In this document: positions 1 through 9,816 of the stretch, piece after piece
Position numbering within the stretch: position 1 is the first letter of the stretch
Layout of the letters: each line of letters begins with the position of its first letter
Assembly: GCA_050261575.1 (NCBI GenBank)
Contig: JBLNDL010000056.1
Span: 1-58,594 of the forward strand
DNA length: 58,594 nt
From: Sphingomonadaceae bacterium
Lineage (GTDB): Bacteria; Chloroflexota; UBA6077
Reading direction: 5' to 3'
The notes under the pieces: generated by a model
What the model was told of the DNA's origin: nothing
The model's input: the letters and a program-made list of their open reading frames with translations, nothing else
Database searches by the model: none
Made by a program: the position numbers and the translations under genes

Positions 1-6
1 CGGCCC

Positions 7-1074
7 TCACTCCCGTGGCCAGGAGCCGAGCACCTTCACCATGGAGCACTGCCGCTCCAGTTCCTCCAGCGCCGCCCTCACGTTGCCGTCGGCGGCGTGG
101 CCCTCCATCTCGATGAAGAAGTAGTAGTCCCACGCTTTCCGCCTGGACGGTCGTGACTGGATGTTGCTCAGGCTGATCCCGCCCCTGGCGAACACCTCCA
201 TCATGTCGTGGAGGGCCCCGACCCGGTCCTTGATGCTGATGATGGCCGCGGTCTTGTCCCGACCGGTGGGGCCCGGGTAGGTCGAGCCGATGGCGAGGAA
301 CCGGGTGATGTTGTTGGAGAGGTCCTGGATTCCCGCTTCCAGGATCTCCAGACCATACACCTCGGCTGCCAGGGACGGTGCGATGGCCGCGCCCGTGGGG
401 TCGGCCGCCGCCTCGCCGGCCGCGCGTGCCGTGCTGAGGGACTGCACCAACTCCGCCCTGGGCAGGTTGGCCGCCAACCACCCTCGGCATTGGGCCAGCG
501 CCTGCGGGTGGGAGTAGACGGTCTTGATCTCGTCCTTCCGGCAGCGAGCCATCAGGTTCTGGACGATGGGGAGGCTGAGCTCCGCGCAGGCCTTCAGCTC
601 AGAGTCGACGAAGCTGTCCAGGGTGTACTGGACGCTTCCCTCGGTGGAGTTCTCCACTGGCACCACGCCGTAGTCTGCGCCGCCCCGTTCCGTTTCCAGG
701 AAGACGTCTCGGATGCTGCTCACCGGCACGAACTCAGTCGCGTCGCCAAAGATCTGCAGAGCCGCTTGGTGGCTGAAGGTCGCGGCGGGCCCCAGATAGG
801 CGACCCGCAGCCTCCGCTGCAGGCTGCGGGAGGAGGAGAGGATCTCCCGGTAGATGGACCGAAGGTGTTCGGGCTTGAGCGGGCCGGCGCTGGCCGCGAC
901 AACGTTCTCCAACACCTGTCGCTCCCGATCCGGAATGTAGACGCTGGTGCCGCTCTTGGCTTTCCGCCGGGCGACCTCCAGCACCACCTGGGCGCGCTCA
1001 TTGAGAAGCCTGACCAGCTCGCGGTCGATGCGGTCGATCTCCCCGCGGAGGTCCTCCAGCCCGCTATCGCTCAT
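7..1074 (-). CDS. pheA: Bifunctional chorismate mutase/prephenate dehydratase (P-protein)
   Basis: N-terminal CM2 domain (LRGEIDRIDRELVRLLNERA), PDT motifs (YLGPAATFS, PVENSTEG, SHPQALAQC, NITRF) and C-terminal ACT domain. Start placed at ATG 1074 behind a GGAG RBS; the ORF-track start at 1158 is probably too long. Confidence 0.95.
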   Translation of the reverse strand: MSDSGLEDLRGEIDRIDRELVRLLNERAQVVLEVARRKAKSGTSVYIPDRERQVLENVVAASAGPLKPEHLRSIYREILSSSRSLQRRLRVAYLGPAATFSHQAALQIFGDATEFVPVSSIRDVFLETERGGADYGVVPVENSTEGSVQYTLDSFVDSELKACAELSLPIVQNLMARCRKDEIKTVYSHPQALAQCRGWLAANLPRAELVQSLSTARAAGEAAADPTGAAIAPSLAAEVYGLEILEAGIQDLSNNITRFLAIGSTYPGPTGRDKTAAIISIKDRVGALHDMMEVFARGGISLSNIQSRPSRRKAWDYYFFIEMEGHAADGNVRAALEELERQCSMVKVLGSWPRE

Positions 1075-1176
1075 GGGACGCTCTCCTGGACGGACAGATT
1101 CGGAATAGGTGTCGTCGGGGCGATGGGATTCTACCCCAAAGGGCTCGTTAGGCGCCACCGCCTTTCCATCCTCCTA

Positions 1177-1205
1177 TTGTCGGCCAACCCGGCCTGTGCT
1201 AGGCT
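1177..1205 (+). promoter_or_regulatory. Putative sigma70 promoter for larA-ocd
   Basis: TTGTCG-17 bp-TAGGCT with TGn extended -10. Confidence 0.45.
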
Positions 1206-1313
1206 GGTGCCGTTCGGCAACCGGCGATCAGCAACCAGCTATCAGCGGTCAGCGATCGGCGAACGGCTGTCGCCGGGCGCTCCCATAGAACCCACAGGGA
1301 GGCAGTTCGACTA

Positions 1314-2615
1314 ATGCTAGTGAAGCTGGCCTACGGCAAGCAGGGCCTGGAGGTCGATTTCCCCGACGAGGGGGTGAGCGTGATCGAGCCCCACTACGTC
1401 CCCGGTCTCCCGGACGAGCAGGCCGCCCTCCGCGAAGCCCTGCGCAACCCCATCGGTTCCCCTCCCCTGGCCGATCTGGTCAAACCCCACCAGACCGTGG
1501 CCATCACCTTTCCGGACGTCACCCGACCCTGCCCCACCGCTCGAATGCTGCCCTCCATCCTGGAGGAGTTGAGCGCCGTGCCGCGCGACCAGATCGTCCT
1601 GATCAGCGGCACCGGCATGCACCGGCCCAACACCAAGGAAGAGTTGCGCCAGATGGTGGGGGACGCGGTGTACGAGAACTACCGCGTGATCAACCACAAC
1701 GCTTTCGACAAGAGCACCCTGGCCCTCGCCGGAAAGACCCGCCGAGGGACGGAGGTGTGGGTGAACGCGGAGTACCTGAAGGCGGATGTAAAGATCCTCG
1801 TGGGCTTCATCGAGCCCCACATGTTCGCCGGGTTCTCCGGAGGAGGCAAGGCGGTGCTGCCGGGGATCTCCGGAGAGCAAACGGTCCTGCGCAACCACGA
1901 CGCGGAGATGATAGGCAACCCTGGCTCCATCTGGGGGGTCACCAAGGGCAACCCCATCTTCCAGGAGATGCGGGAGTCTGCCCTTCTGACCCGGCCCACC
2001 TTCCTCTGCAACGTGACGCTCAATCGGGACAAGCAGATCACCGGCGTCTACTACGGTAGCTTGGTGGCGGCCCACGACGCCGGCATCGACTTCGCCCGCC
2101 GAACCGCGATGCGCCCCACCCCGAAGCCCTTCGATATCGTGGTGACTACCAACAGTGGCTACCCGCTGGACCTGAACCTCTACCAGGCGATCAAGGGGGC
2201 CAGCGCGGCGAACCTGATCGTGAAGGAGGGCGGCGCCATCATCTCGGCCGCGGAGTGCCGGGATGGTATACCCGAGCACGGCAACTATCGGAAGATCCTC
2301 CACAGCCGCTCCACCCCGGACGAGTTGCTGAAGATGATCCACGAGCCTGGCTACCTGCTGTTTGACCAGTGGGAGGTGCAGATCCAGGCCAACATCCAGA
2401 AGCGGGCCGAGTTCTACCTCTACTCCAGCATCGACGACAAAGAGGTGGAGATGGCCCACGTGACGCCGATCCACGACGTCGGAGCGAAGGTCCGCGAGCT
2501 GATGAAACGGTACGGCCCGACAGCGACCGTGGCGGTGCTGCCCCAGGGTCCATTCACCATCCCCTACGTCGCGGACGATGCCGGCAAGGCGTTCGAGGCG
2601 ATGGCCACCGAGTAG
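1314..2615 (+). CDS. larA: Nickel-pincer-dependent lactate racemase family protein (2-hydroxy acid racemase/epimerase)
   Basis: LarA motifs DVTRP, GTGMHR, INHNA, FIEPHMFAGFSGGGKAVLPG and GYPLDLNLYQAIKG; GGGAGG RBS. Confidence 0.9.
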   Translation: MLVKLAYGKQGLEVDFPDEGVSVIEPHYVPGLPDEQAALREALRNPIGSPPLADLVKPHQTVAITFPDVTRPCPTARMLPSILEELSAVPRDQIVLISGTGMHRPNTKEELRQMVGDAVYENYRVINHNAFDKSTLALAGKTRRGTEVWVNAEYLKADVKILVGFIEPHMFAGFSGGGKAVLPGISGEQTVLRNHDAEMIGNPGSIWGVTKGNPIFQEMRESALLTRPTFLCNVTLNRDKQITGVYYGSLVAAHDAGIDFARRTAMRPTPKPFDIVVTTNSGYPLDLNLYQAIKGASAANLIVKEGGAIISAAECRDGIPEHGNYRKILHSRSTPDELLKMIHEPGYLLFDQWEVQIQANIQKRAEFYLYSSIDDKEVEMAHVTPIHDVGAKVRELMKRYGPTATVAVLPQGPFTIPYVADDAGKAFEAMATE

Positions 2616-2682
2616 CAGAGCCCTCAGGACCGAGGACTGAGAGGACTATGCTCAGTCCTCGGTCCCCGATTGGAGGCAAACG

Positions 2683-3669
2683 ATGGTCCTGATGCTCTCC
2701 CGCAGCGACGTCGAGGGCATGATCACCATGCCCGAGGCCATAGAGGTCCTTCGGGGGGCCTTTGCTGAGTTCTCCCGAGGCGAGGCGGCGATGCCCGCGC
2801 GCAGTGTCATCCTCGTTCCGGAGAACCAGGGCTGGTTCGGGGTGATGCCGGCCTACCTCTTCTCCAGCGGCGCCCTCGGGCTCAAATCGGTGACGGTGTT
2901 CAAGGGCAATCCCGCCAAGGGGATGCCGGCGACGCTCGGCCTGACCCTGCTGCTGGATCCCACCACTGGCGTGCCCCTCTCCGTCATGGAGGCGGGCCAC
3001 CTGACGGGGGTGAGGACGGCGGCGGTCTCCGGGTTGGCCACCAGTCTGCTGGCCCACGAGGATGCAAGCGAGCTGGCGATCCTGGGTGCGGGGGGGCAGG
3101 GCCGGTTCCATTTGGTGGCCATGACCACGGTGAGGCCGATACGGCGGGTGCGGGTGTTCGATGCCTCCGGTGAGAACGCGGAGCGTTTCCGGCGGGAGAT
3201 GCAGTCTGCCACCTCGGCCTCTATCGAGGTGGCCAGTTCGCCGGAGGAGGCGGTGCGTGGCGCGGACGTGATCGTGACCACCAGCACCTCCAGGACCCCC
3301 ATCGTCGAGTATCCCTGGCTGAAGCCCGGCGCCCACATCAACGGCGTGGGCTCCCACTCGCCCGATGCCCGCGAGATCGGAGGCGAGGTGATCGCCCATG
3401 CCAGGGTGGTGGTGGATTCCAAGGATGCGGCGTTGGCCGAGGCAGGCGACCTGCTGATCCCCATCTCCGATGGCCTGGTGACGGCTGCCCAACTCTCCGA
3501 CGAACTGGGCGAGGTAGTGATGGGGAGGAAACCTGGCCGCACCTCGCCGGAGCAGATCACGGTCTACAAGTCGGTGGGCATCGCCATCCAGGACGTGGCG
3601 GTGGCGAACCTGGTGTACCGGAAGGCGCTGGCCGCCGGAGTGGGAACCGAGGTGGATCTGCTCGCGTAG
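2683..3669 (+). CDS. Ornithine cyclodeaminase/mu-crystallin family protein (imine reductase / alanine dehydrogenase-like)
   Basis: LTGVRTAAVS, GAGGQG Rossmann motif, ADVIVTTS, PGAHINGVGS, YKSVGIAIQD. Confidence 0.9.
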   Translation: MVLMLSRSDVEGMITMPEAIEVLRGAFAEFSRGEAAMPARSVILVPENQGWFGVMPAYLFSSGALGLKSVTVFKGNPAKGMPATLGLTLLLDPTTGVPLSVMEAGHLTGVRTAAVSGLATSLLAHEDASELAILGAGGQGRFHLVAMTTVRPIRRVRVFDASGENAERFRREMQSATSASIEVASSPEEAVRGADVIVTTSTSRTPIVEYPWLKPGAHINGVGSHSPDAREIGGEVIAHARVVVDSKDAALAEAGDLLIPISDGLVTAAQLSDELGEVVMGRKPGRTSPEQITVYKSVGIAIQDVAVANLVYRKALAAGVGTEVDLLA

Positions 3670-3716
3670 GGATGAGCGAAGTGCGGGCGAAGCATTCGGG
3701 AGCGAATGCTTCGCCC
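3582..3716 (+). repeat. Direct repeat copy 1 (ocd 3' end plus REP-like hairpin)
   Basis: 3582-3683 is identical to 11332-11433 (102 bp, offset 7750). It is followed by the hairpin GGGCGAAGCATTCG-GGAG-CGAATGCTTCGCCC (3685-3716). Confidence 0.95.
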
Positions 3717-3726
3717 CTATCGTGCG

Positions 3727-4731
3727 CTACCGCACCCGGCGGAACTTCTGGAAGGTGTGGCAGCCCGATGGGATGCCGGCGCCCCTGACGCCGAAAGTGT
3801 GGGTGACCTCTGCCACGTAGATGTCGCCGCGCGAGTCCACCGCGATCCCGTGGGGTGCGATGAAGTTGCCCGGGGCGGTGCGGTCGCCCTCGTGGCCGAA
3901 GCGAGCCAGGACCTCGCCGTCTGGGGCAAGCACGCTCACACGGCCGGGCTTGTCCTCGGTGATGAGGCCGTGCACGAAGGACCTCTGGCCGACCCTCCAC
4001 CACAGCTCGGAGACGTAGATGAGGCCGTCCTTGTCCATCGCGAGGCCTGTGGGGCGCTGGACGTGCGTCCACTGGTCGAGGAACTCGCCGGTGGGGCTGA
4101 AGAACTGGATACGGTCGTTCTCCCTGTCTGCGACCATGACCCGGCCATCGGGCATGACCCAGATGTCGTGGGGGAGATTGAACTGACCCGGACCGGTGCC
4201 CGGCTCGCCCCAGGACTGGATGAGCCTCCCGTCCGAGGAGAAGCGGTGGACGCGAGCGTTGCCGTAGCCGTCGGCGACGTAGATATCACAGTTGGGGGCG
4301 ATCGCGACGCCGGTGGGGCGGTTGAAGGGCGGGCCCCCGTGGGTGATGGAGGAGAGCCTTTCATAGCCGGTGGGAAGGTTGGGGTTGTAGCCCGTGTCCG
4401 ATGCGACCCCCTCGGTGCCAAGCGTCATCAGCAGCTTCCCATCCGGGGTGAACTTGCGGATGGTGTGGTTGCCGTCGTCGGCGGTGTAGACGGAACCGTC
4501 TGGGCCGAACTTGATGCAGTGGGTTCTGGGGGTAAAGATCCCCTCACCCCAGGCGGTGACGAAGGAGCCATCCGGCTCGTAGACGATTACGCGGGCATCC
4601 ATGCGGGTGATGAGGTAGACCCGATCGTTGGCGTCGATGCCGGCGCCGACGCAGTCGAGGTGCTTGAAGCCCTCGGGGAGCTTCTCCCATCCCTCCACCA
4701 ACTCGAGCTTCGGTTCGCTGATTGTGGCCAT
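3727..4731 (-). CDS. NHL-repeat beta-propeller, peptidyl-alpha-hydroxyglycine alpha-amidating lyase (PAL)-like
   Basis: NHL repeats carrying PAL-type motifs RTHCI, YVADGYGNARV, FNLPHDI, VADRENDRIQFF and FIAPHGIAVD. Start placed at ATG 4731 after a GGAG RBS; no signal peptide. Confidence 0.85.
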   Translation of the reverse strand: MATISEPKLELVEGWEKLPEGFKHLDCVGAGIDANDRVYLITRMDARVIVYEPDGSFVTAWGEGIFTPRTHCIKFGPDGSVYTADDGNHTIRKFTPDGKLLMTLGTEGVASDTGYNPNLPTGYERLSSITHGGPPFNRPTGVAIAPNCDIYVADGYGNARVHRFSSDGRLIQSWGEPGTGPGQFNLPHDIWVMPDGRVMVADRENDRIQFFSPTGEFLDQWTHVQRPTGLAMDKDGLIYVSELWWRVGQRSFVHGLITEDKPGRVSVLAPDGEVLARFGHEGDRTAPGNFIAPHGIAVDSRGDIYVAEVTHTFGVRGAGIPSGCHTFQKFRRVR

Positions 4732-4784
4732 TTCTGTCTGCTCCTGAATGCTGCATGATGTCCACGCGGGACATCGTTCTCCGG

Positions 4785-5855
4785 TTACCGTAGCAGTGCG
4801 GTGAGGTCGACTCCATGCTGCGCTGCCAATGCCTGGAGGTCCTTCCATGAGCCGTCGGGCATGGGTATGCCCTCCTTGAGTCTCCTCTGGCGGGTTCGTC
4901 GCTCAGGCTCGCCCGGCAGCAGCACCTCATCGAACCCTGGAGCAGGAGGAATGCCCTTGATGCGTCGAATGGTGGCATCGACCGCCGACGAGTACTGCTC
5001 CATCGGCCGGAAGACTGCTGGATTGATCGCGATGAAGACGGAGCCGGTCTTCTTGTGAGATCCTCCCCGCACCTTCTCTCCTGCGTTTGCGTCCGCCCCC
5101 GTCAGTGCTTGTCCAAGGAGTTCGATCACCACTGCTAAACCGTAACCCTTGTGGCCGCCGAACGGGAGCAGCACGCCACCATCGTAAAAGTCCTCGGGAT
5201 TGGTGGTGGGATTGCCCTCCTTGTCGAGGACGGAGTTTGGAGGCAACGATGCCCCTTTGGCGCGGGCCAGCGAAATCTTGCCTCCGGCGACCGCACTCGT
5301 CGCAAAGTCGACCATCACCGGAGGCATCGCACCTGCAGGGAAACCGAACGATATGGGGTTGGTGCCGAACGCGCCCTTCGCGCCACCGTAGGGTGCGACG
5401 CCGGCGCCCGGGGCGCCGGCAACGCCTCCCAGCCCTCCGACCACCACCATCCCGATCATGCCGGCGTCGTGGGCCATCTCGGAGTATTCACCCAGCCGAC
5501 CGATGTGGTAGGCGCGAGTCAGGGCGGAGATCGCGATCCCCTGAGACCTGGCTTTCTCTATCGTCTTCTTCATGCAGAACGCTGCTGAGACCTGTCCAAA
5601 CGTCCATTTCCCGTCGACCAGGCTCGTGCAGGGCGTTTCCTTGGTTACCTCTGGTTGGGCCGCTGGGTCTATCCATCCTGCGGCGATCGCCCGAAGATAC
5701 TGGATGATGCGTATCACGCCGTGGGAGTCGTGGCCCACGAGGCTGGAATCCACCAGCGCTTCCGCCACGCGGTCGGCGTTTGACTCAGTCGCTCCCGCGG
5801 CCACAAACAGCGCGCGCCCTACTTTGCGCCATTGCTCGGGCTGTAGCATCACCAT
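4785..5855 (-). CDS. Ldh_2 family dehydrogenase (malate/L-sulfolactate/ureidoglycolate dehydrogenase-like)
   Basis: GHDSHG, HIGRLGEY, GTNPISF, DFATSA, PFGGHKGYGL, VLLPGEPE. Confidence 0.9.
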   Translation of the reverse strand: MVMLQPEQWRKVGRALFVAAGATESNADRVAEALVDSSLVGHDSHGVIRIIQYLRAIAAGWIDPAAQPEVTKETPCTSLVDGKWTFGQVSAAFCMKKTIEKARSQGIAISALTRAYHIGRLGEYSEMAHDAGMIGMVVVGGLGGVAGAPGAGVAPYGGAKGAFGTNPISFGFPAGAMPPVMVDFATSAVAGGKISLARAKGASLPPNSVLDKEGNPTTNPEDFYDGGVLLPFGGHKGYGLAVVIELLGQALTGADANAGEKVRGGSHKKTGSVFIAINPAVFRPMEQYSSAVDATIRRIKGIPPAPGFDEVLLPGEPERRTRQRRLKEGIPMPDGSWKDLQALAAQHGVDLTALLR

Positions 5856-5882
5856 GTCGAAACCCTCCAGCAGGTCCTGTTG

Positions 5883-6863
5883 TCAGACTCTCCTTCGATC
5901 CCAAGCCTCCGGATTGACCGTGTGGATGGGACGCTCGCCTTTCAACACCCTGATAGCGTTCTCCGCTGCCGTCATGCCAGACAGGGCTCGAGCGTCGGAT
6001 GATACCCCGGCCGCATGGGGCGACATGCAGAGGTTGTCCAGTTCGCGCAGCGGGCTCTCTCCGAGAGGCTCCTCCTCGAAGACATCCAATGCCGCGCCGG
6101 CAATGCGCCTCTCCTTGAGTGCCTGGTAGAGAGCCTGGCTGTCGACGACCCCGCCCCTGGATGTGTTGATTAGGTAGGCGGTGGGCTTCATCATCGCCAG
6201 CCGCTCCGCATTCATCAAGTGGCGGCTTCGGTCGTTCAGGAAGCAATGGAGGGTGACGAAGTCGCTCTCTCGCAGCAGTTGTTCCAGCGGCACGTAGGTT
6301 ACCTGGTGCTCCTCGGCAAACTGGATGTCGTGGTAGATGTCGTGGGCTAGGATTCTCATCTCGAAGGCCCTTGCCCTCTGAGCGACTTCTCTGCCTATGG
6401 TCCCCATCCCGACTATGCCGAGTGTCCGTCCCGCGAGGTCGATGCCCTCAAAGCGAGCCCAGCCGCCCTTGCGGACTTCTGCGAGGTTCTTCTCCAGATG
6501 CCTAGAGCAGGCGAGGATCAGCGCGAAGGTGTATTCCGCCACCGCGTGCCGGTTCACCCCCGGAGTGTTGCAGACCACGATGCCCCGCTTGGTGGCGGCC
6601 GGCACGTCGATGGCGTCGTACCCGACGCCGGTGCGGCTTATCACCTTCAACTGCGGTGCGGCGTCCATCACTCTTGGTGTGAACCGGTCACCTGCGACGA
6701 TTGCGCCGTCGATCCCCTGAAGGAAGTCGATCAACTCATCCTCGGTCCGCTCGCCTCGCCAGTGCTTGTAGACCGGCTCGATGCCCGCTGCCCGCAGCCG
6801 AAGATCCACATCGCCCCCTTCGTGCAGGAAGACCGAAGTGATGAGTACCCGTGGTGTTGCCAT
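5883..6863 (-). CDS. D-isomer-specific 2-hydroxyacid dehydrogenase (phosphoglycerate/glyoxylate reductase-like)
   Basis: GVGYDAID, GIVGMGTIG, SDFVTLH, INTSRGGVVD, ALDVFEEEP, SPHAAG. Confidence 0.92.
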   Translation of the reverse strand: MATPRVLITSVFLHEGGDVDLRLRAAGIEPVYKHWRGERTEDELIDFLQGIDGAIVAGDRFTPRVMDAAPQLKVISRTGVGYDAIDVPAATKRGIVVCNTPGVNRHAVAEYTFALILACSRHLEKNLAEVRKGGWARFEGIDLAGRTLGIVGMGTIGREVAQRARAFEMRILAHDIYHDIQFAEEHQVTYVPLEQLLRESDFVTLHCFLNDRSRHLMNAERLAMMKPTAYLINTSRGGVVDSQALYQALKERRIAGAALDVFEEEPLGESPLRELDNLCMSPHAAGVSSDARALSGMTAAENAIRVLKGERPIHTVNPEAWDRRRV

Positions 6864-7010
6864 GTGATGTCACTCCCCCTGCTGGTAGTTTTCTCGGTGT
6901 GCGCCTGGAGGATTGGCAGGCCTTCCAACAAGCGCTACGGGGCCATCAGTGTATTGATGGTGGCGAGGTTTCCGTGAAGACCCCTATCGCCTAAAGCCGA
7001 GCTTACAGGA

Positions 7011-7041
7011 GAAGGGGTACAGCTTTGGGCTGTACCCCTTC
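7011..7041 (-). terminator. 13-bp stem-loop downstream of tctC (terminator or mRNA stabiliser)
   Basis: GAAGGGGTACAGC-TTTGG-GCTGTACCCCTTC; no strong U-tract. Confidence 0.55.
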
Positions 7042-7061
7042 CTCATTGCTCCCGCCTGAAG

Positions 7062-8168
7062 CTATTCCTTCTGCTTACTGAGGGGTAGCAGCTCCCTGAA
7101 CATGTTCTCGTACTCGTCCCAATAGGCCTTGTACTGTACGGGATCCATGTAGCGCAGGGTCAGCCCCATGTCCGCCATCTTCTTCTGATGCTCCTCAGTG
7201 GCCACCACCTTCTTGATGGCTCCACTCAGGATGTCGACGATCTCCTTCGGGGTGCCGGCTGGAGCTGAGAAGCCTCGAGAGGAGGAGTTGTACAGCTTGT
7301 ACCCCTGCTGCTCGAAGGTCTTCACGTCCGGCAGGAACCTGCTGGGCTCCGAGTCCATCACGCCCAGGACTCGGATGTCGCCGCCCTGCATCAAGCTTGG
7401 CGCGTCACCGACATTGGCGAACAGGACATCCACGTGTCCACCCAGGAAGGCCGCCTTCGCCTTGGCGATCCCCTCGGCAAAGTGGACGATCGCGAACTGT
7501 GCGCCCGTCATCTTCTGGAGTTGGAGGGCGGCGAAGTGCTCATCGCTCTGTAGCCCGGTGGTGGATATGCGGATCTTCTTCGGGTTGGCCTTGGCCGCCT
7601 CTACGACATCCTTCACACTCTTGTAAGGGCTATCGGCCTTGACCGCGATGATGCCCGGGTCCACCACGTGGAGAGCCAGCAACTCGAAGTTCTTGCGGCT
7701 GTAGCTAGCCTTGCGGTCGGGGTCGAGGTAGGTGATGATCGCGGAAGGGTAGTTGGTGCTGCCGATGGTGTAGCCGTCGGGCTTGGCCTCCGTCAGGGCG
7801 GTGTAGCCTATCTGCCCTCCGGCTCCGGCCTTGTTCACAACCTCGACCGTCGTCCCCAGCTCCTTCTCCATGCCGGCGGCCAGGATGCGGGCGCCCACGT
7901 CGCTGCTGCCTCCTGCCGCCCAATGGACCAGCATGGTGATGACCTTTCCCTTTTCCGGGAAATCGACCTTCGCGGCGGGTGCGGCGGTTGGCTGGGCCGG
8001 AGCCGCCGCCTTGGTGGGCTCGGCCGCCTTTGCCGGTTCCGCTGCCTTCGTCGGCTCGGCGGCCTTTGGTGCCTGTGTGGCTGGAGCGGGTGGTGCCTGA
8101 GAGCAGCCGGCGACCAGCAGGCTCACGACGGCGACGGCGGCCAGGATCAGGGTGAATAGACGCCTCAT
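7062..8168 (-). CDS. tctC: Tripartite tricarboxylate transporter substrate-binding lipoprotein (TctC/Bug)
   Basis: Lipobox LVAGC, Pro/Ala linker, AAGGSSD, NKAGAGGQIG, PDGYTI, DVKTFEQQG; AAGGAGG RBS. Confidence 0.9.
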   Translation of the reverse strand: MRRLFTLILAAVAVVSLLVAGCSQAPPAPATQAPKAAEPTKAAEPAKAAEPTKAAAPAQPTAAPAAKVDFPEKGKVITMLVHWAAGGSSDVGARILAAGMEKELGTTVEVVNKAGAGGQIGYTALTEAKPDGYTIGSTNYPSAIITYLDPDRKASYSRKNFELLALHVVDPGIIAVKADSPYKSVKDVVEAAKANPKKIRISTTGLQSDEHFAALQLQKMTGAQFAIVHFAEGIAKAKAAFLGGHVDVLFANVGDAPSLMQGGDIRVLGVMDSEPSRFLPDVKTFEQQGYKLYNSSSRGFSAPAGTPKEIVDILSGAIKKVVATEEHQKKMADMGLTLRYMDPVQYKAYWDEYENMFRELLPLSKQKE

Positions 8169-8297
8169 GTTCTCCTCCTTCACAGGTCGTCTTGTGGCGG
8201 TCGGTGCACCGATCGCCTGGGTCCGGGCTTCCGCGAATCCCTCATACTTCCACGCGGCTGCCGGTCGGAGACAGCGGCGGGCAGTCGCGAGTGCCAG

Positions 8298-9806
8298 CTA
8301 TACCTCCGCGTCACCCTGCAGGGCGGAAGCTTTGCGTAGACGCAGGAACCTGAGGAGAGGTGACAGGACGATGAGCAACGCGATCGCCAGCAGGGCAATG
8401 GTGAGAGGCCGGGTGTAGAAGATGGAGAAGTCCCCCTGCGACATGTCCAGCGACTGCCGCAGCGATCTCTCCATCATCGGACCCAGGATGAGGGTCAGGA
8501 CGGCGGGGGCCAGCGGGAAGTCCAGCTTCCGGAGCGCGTAGCCCACCACCCCGAAGATGGTCATCGTGACCACGTCGAAGATGCTGTTGTTGATGCTGTA
8601 AGCGCCAATCACCATGAAGGTGAGGATCAGGGCGAAGAGAATGGAGTAGGGTATCTCCAGGATCTTCACCCACATCCTGATCAAAGGCAGGTTGAGAACG
8701 AGCAGCATCACGTTGCCGATGTAGAGGCTGGCGATGACGCCCCACGCCACGTCGGGATGCTCCTTGAACAGGTAGGGGCCTGGGATGAGGCCGTTCATGA
8801 TGAAGGCCCCCATCAGCACCGCCACGGTGGGCGAGGCCGGGATGCCCACGGCAAACAGCGGAACCAAGGCGCCGATAGCGTGTGCGTTGTTCGCCGTCTC
8901 GGGTCCGGCGACCCCTTCGATGATTCCCGAGCCGAACCTCTCGGGGTGTTTCGAGCTCTTCCTCTCCGCGACGTAGGAGAGGAAGGCCGATGCGGTGCCG
9001 GTCATGCCAGGAATGAGCCCTAGGCCGAAGCCGATACCGGTCCCTCGAAGGATAGGCAACACCGAGTCCCTGGCCTCCTGTCGGCTGGGGACGAGGCTGC
9101 TCATCGTGCGGAGGAATGCGGGCTTCAGAGCGTTCTCGGCGTTGGACAGGATCTCGCCGAGGCCGAAGAGGCCCATGATCACCGGTACGAAGCTGATTCC
9201 CTCCATCAGTTCCATCCGTCCGAAAGTGAAGCGGGGCAACCCGTGCACCGGATCCATGCCGATCAGAGCTAGCAGCATGCCGAAGATCCCCGCCATCAAG
9301 GCCTTCAGCATCGATTTGCCGGCCAGTCCCATCAGCAGGGAGATCCCCAGCACCATCAGCCCGAAGAACTCAGGTGGCCCGAACTGGAGGGCCAAGCGCG
9401 TCAGGGGGGGAGCGGCCAGGACGAGACCTATGGTGGAGAGAGTGCCTCCGATGAAGGAGCCGATCGCTGCGATGCTGAGGGCAGAGCCCGCCCGCCCCTT
9501 CTTGGCCATCTCGTACCCTTCAATGCAGGTGATGGCTGAGGCGGCCTCGCCTGGTGTGTTCAGCAGCACGCTGGTAATGGTGCCGCCGTATTGGGTCCCA
9601 TAGAAGATGGCCGAGAGCATGATGATGGCGCCGATTGGTTCCAACTCGAAGGTCAGGGGTATCAGGATTGCGACCCCGGCCACAGGGCCGATCCCTGGCA
9701 GAACCCCGATCAATGTCCCAAGAAGTGATCCTGCGAAAGCAAACAGCAGATTCTGGGGTGTCAGTGCTATGGAGAAGCCCATCAGTAGGCTTTGGAAGGT
9801 ATCCAA
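8298..9806 (-). CDS. tctA: Tripartite tricarboxylate transporter large permease
   Basis: GVLPGIG, YGGTITSVLLNTPGEA, GVAGPETANNA; multiple TM helices. Confidence 0.93.
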   Translation of the reverse strand: MDTFQSLLMGFSIALTPQNLLFAFAGSLLGTLIGVLPGIGPVAGVAILIPLTFELEPIGAIIMLSAIFYGTQYGGTITSVLLNTPGEAASAITCIEGYEMAKKGRAGSALSIAAIGSFIGGTLSTIGLVLAAPPLTRLALQFGPPEFFGLMVLGISLLMGLAGKSMLKALMAGIFGMLLALIGMDPVHGLPRFTFGRMELMEGISFVPVIMGLFGLGEILSNAENALKPAFLRTMSSLVPSRQEARDSVLPILRGTGIGFGLGLIPGMTGTASAFLSYVAERKSSKHPERFGSGIIEGVAGPETANNAHAIGALVPLFAVGIPASPTVAVLMGAFIMNGLIPGPYLFKEHPDVAWGVIASLYIGNVMLLVLNLPLIRMWVKILEIPYSILFALILTFMVIGAYSINNSIFDVVTMTIFGVVGYALRKLDFPLAPAVLTLILGPMMERSLRQSLDMSQGDFSIFYTRPLTIALLAIALLIVLSPLLRFLRLRKASALQGDAEV

Positions 9807-9816
9807 GACGATCCTC

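Noticed and set aside
6938..6993. Minus-strand GGCGATAGGGG...TCGCC...CTGATGGCCCC resembling a fluoride (crcB) riboswitch
   Set aside because: There is an extra insertion in the core, the AACCGC/GC P2 element is missing, and the gene context is unrelated. An Rfam scan would settle it.
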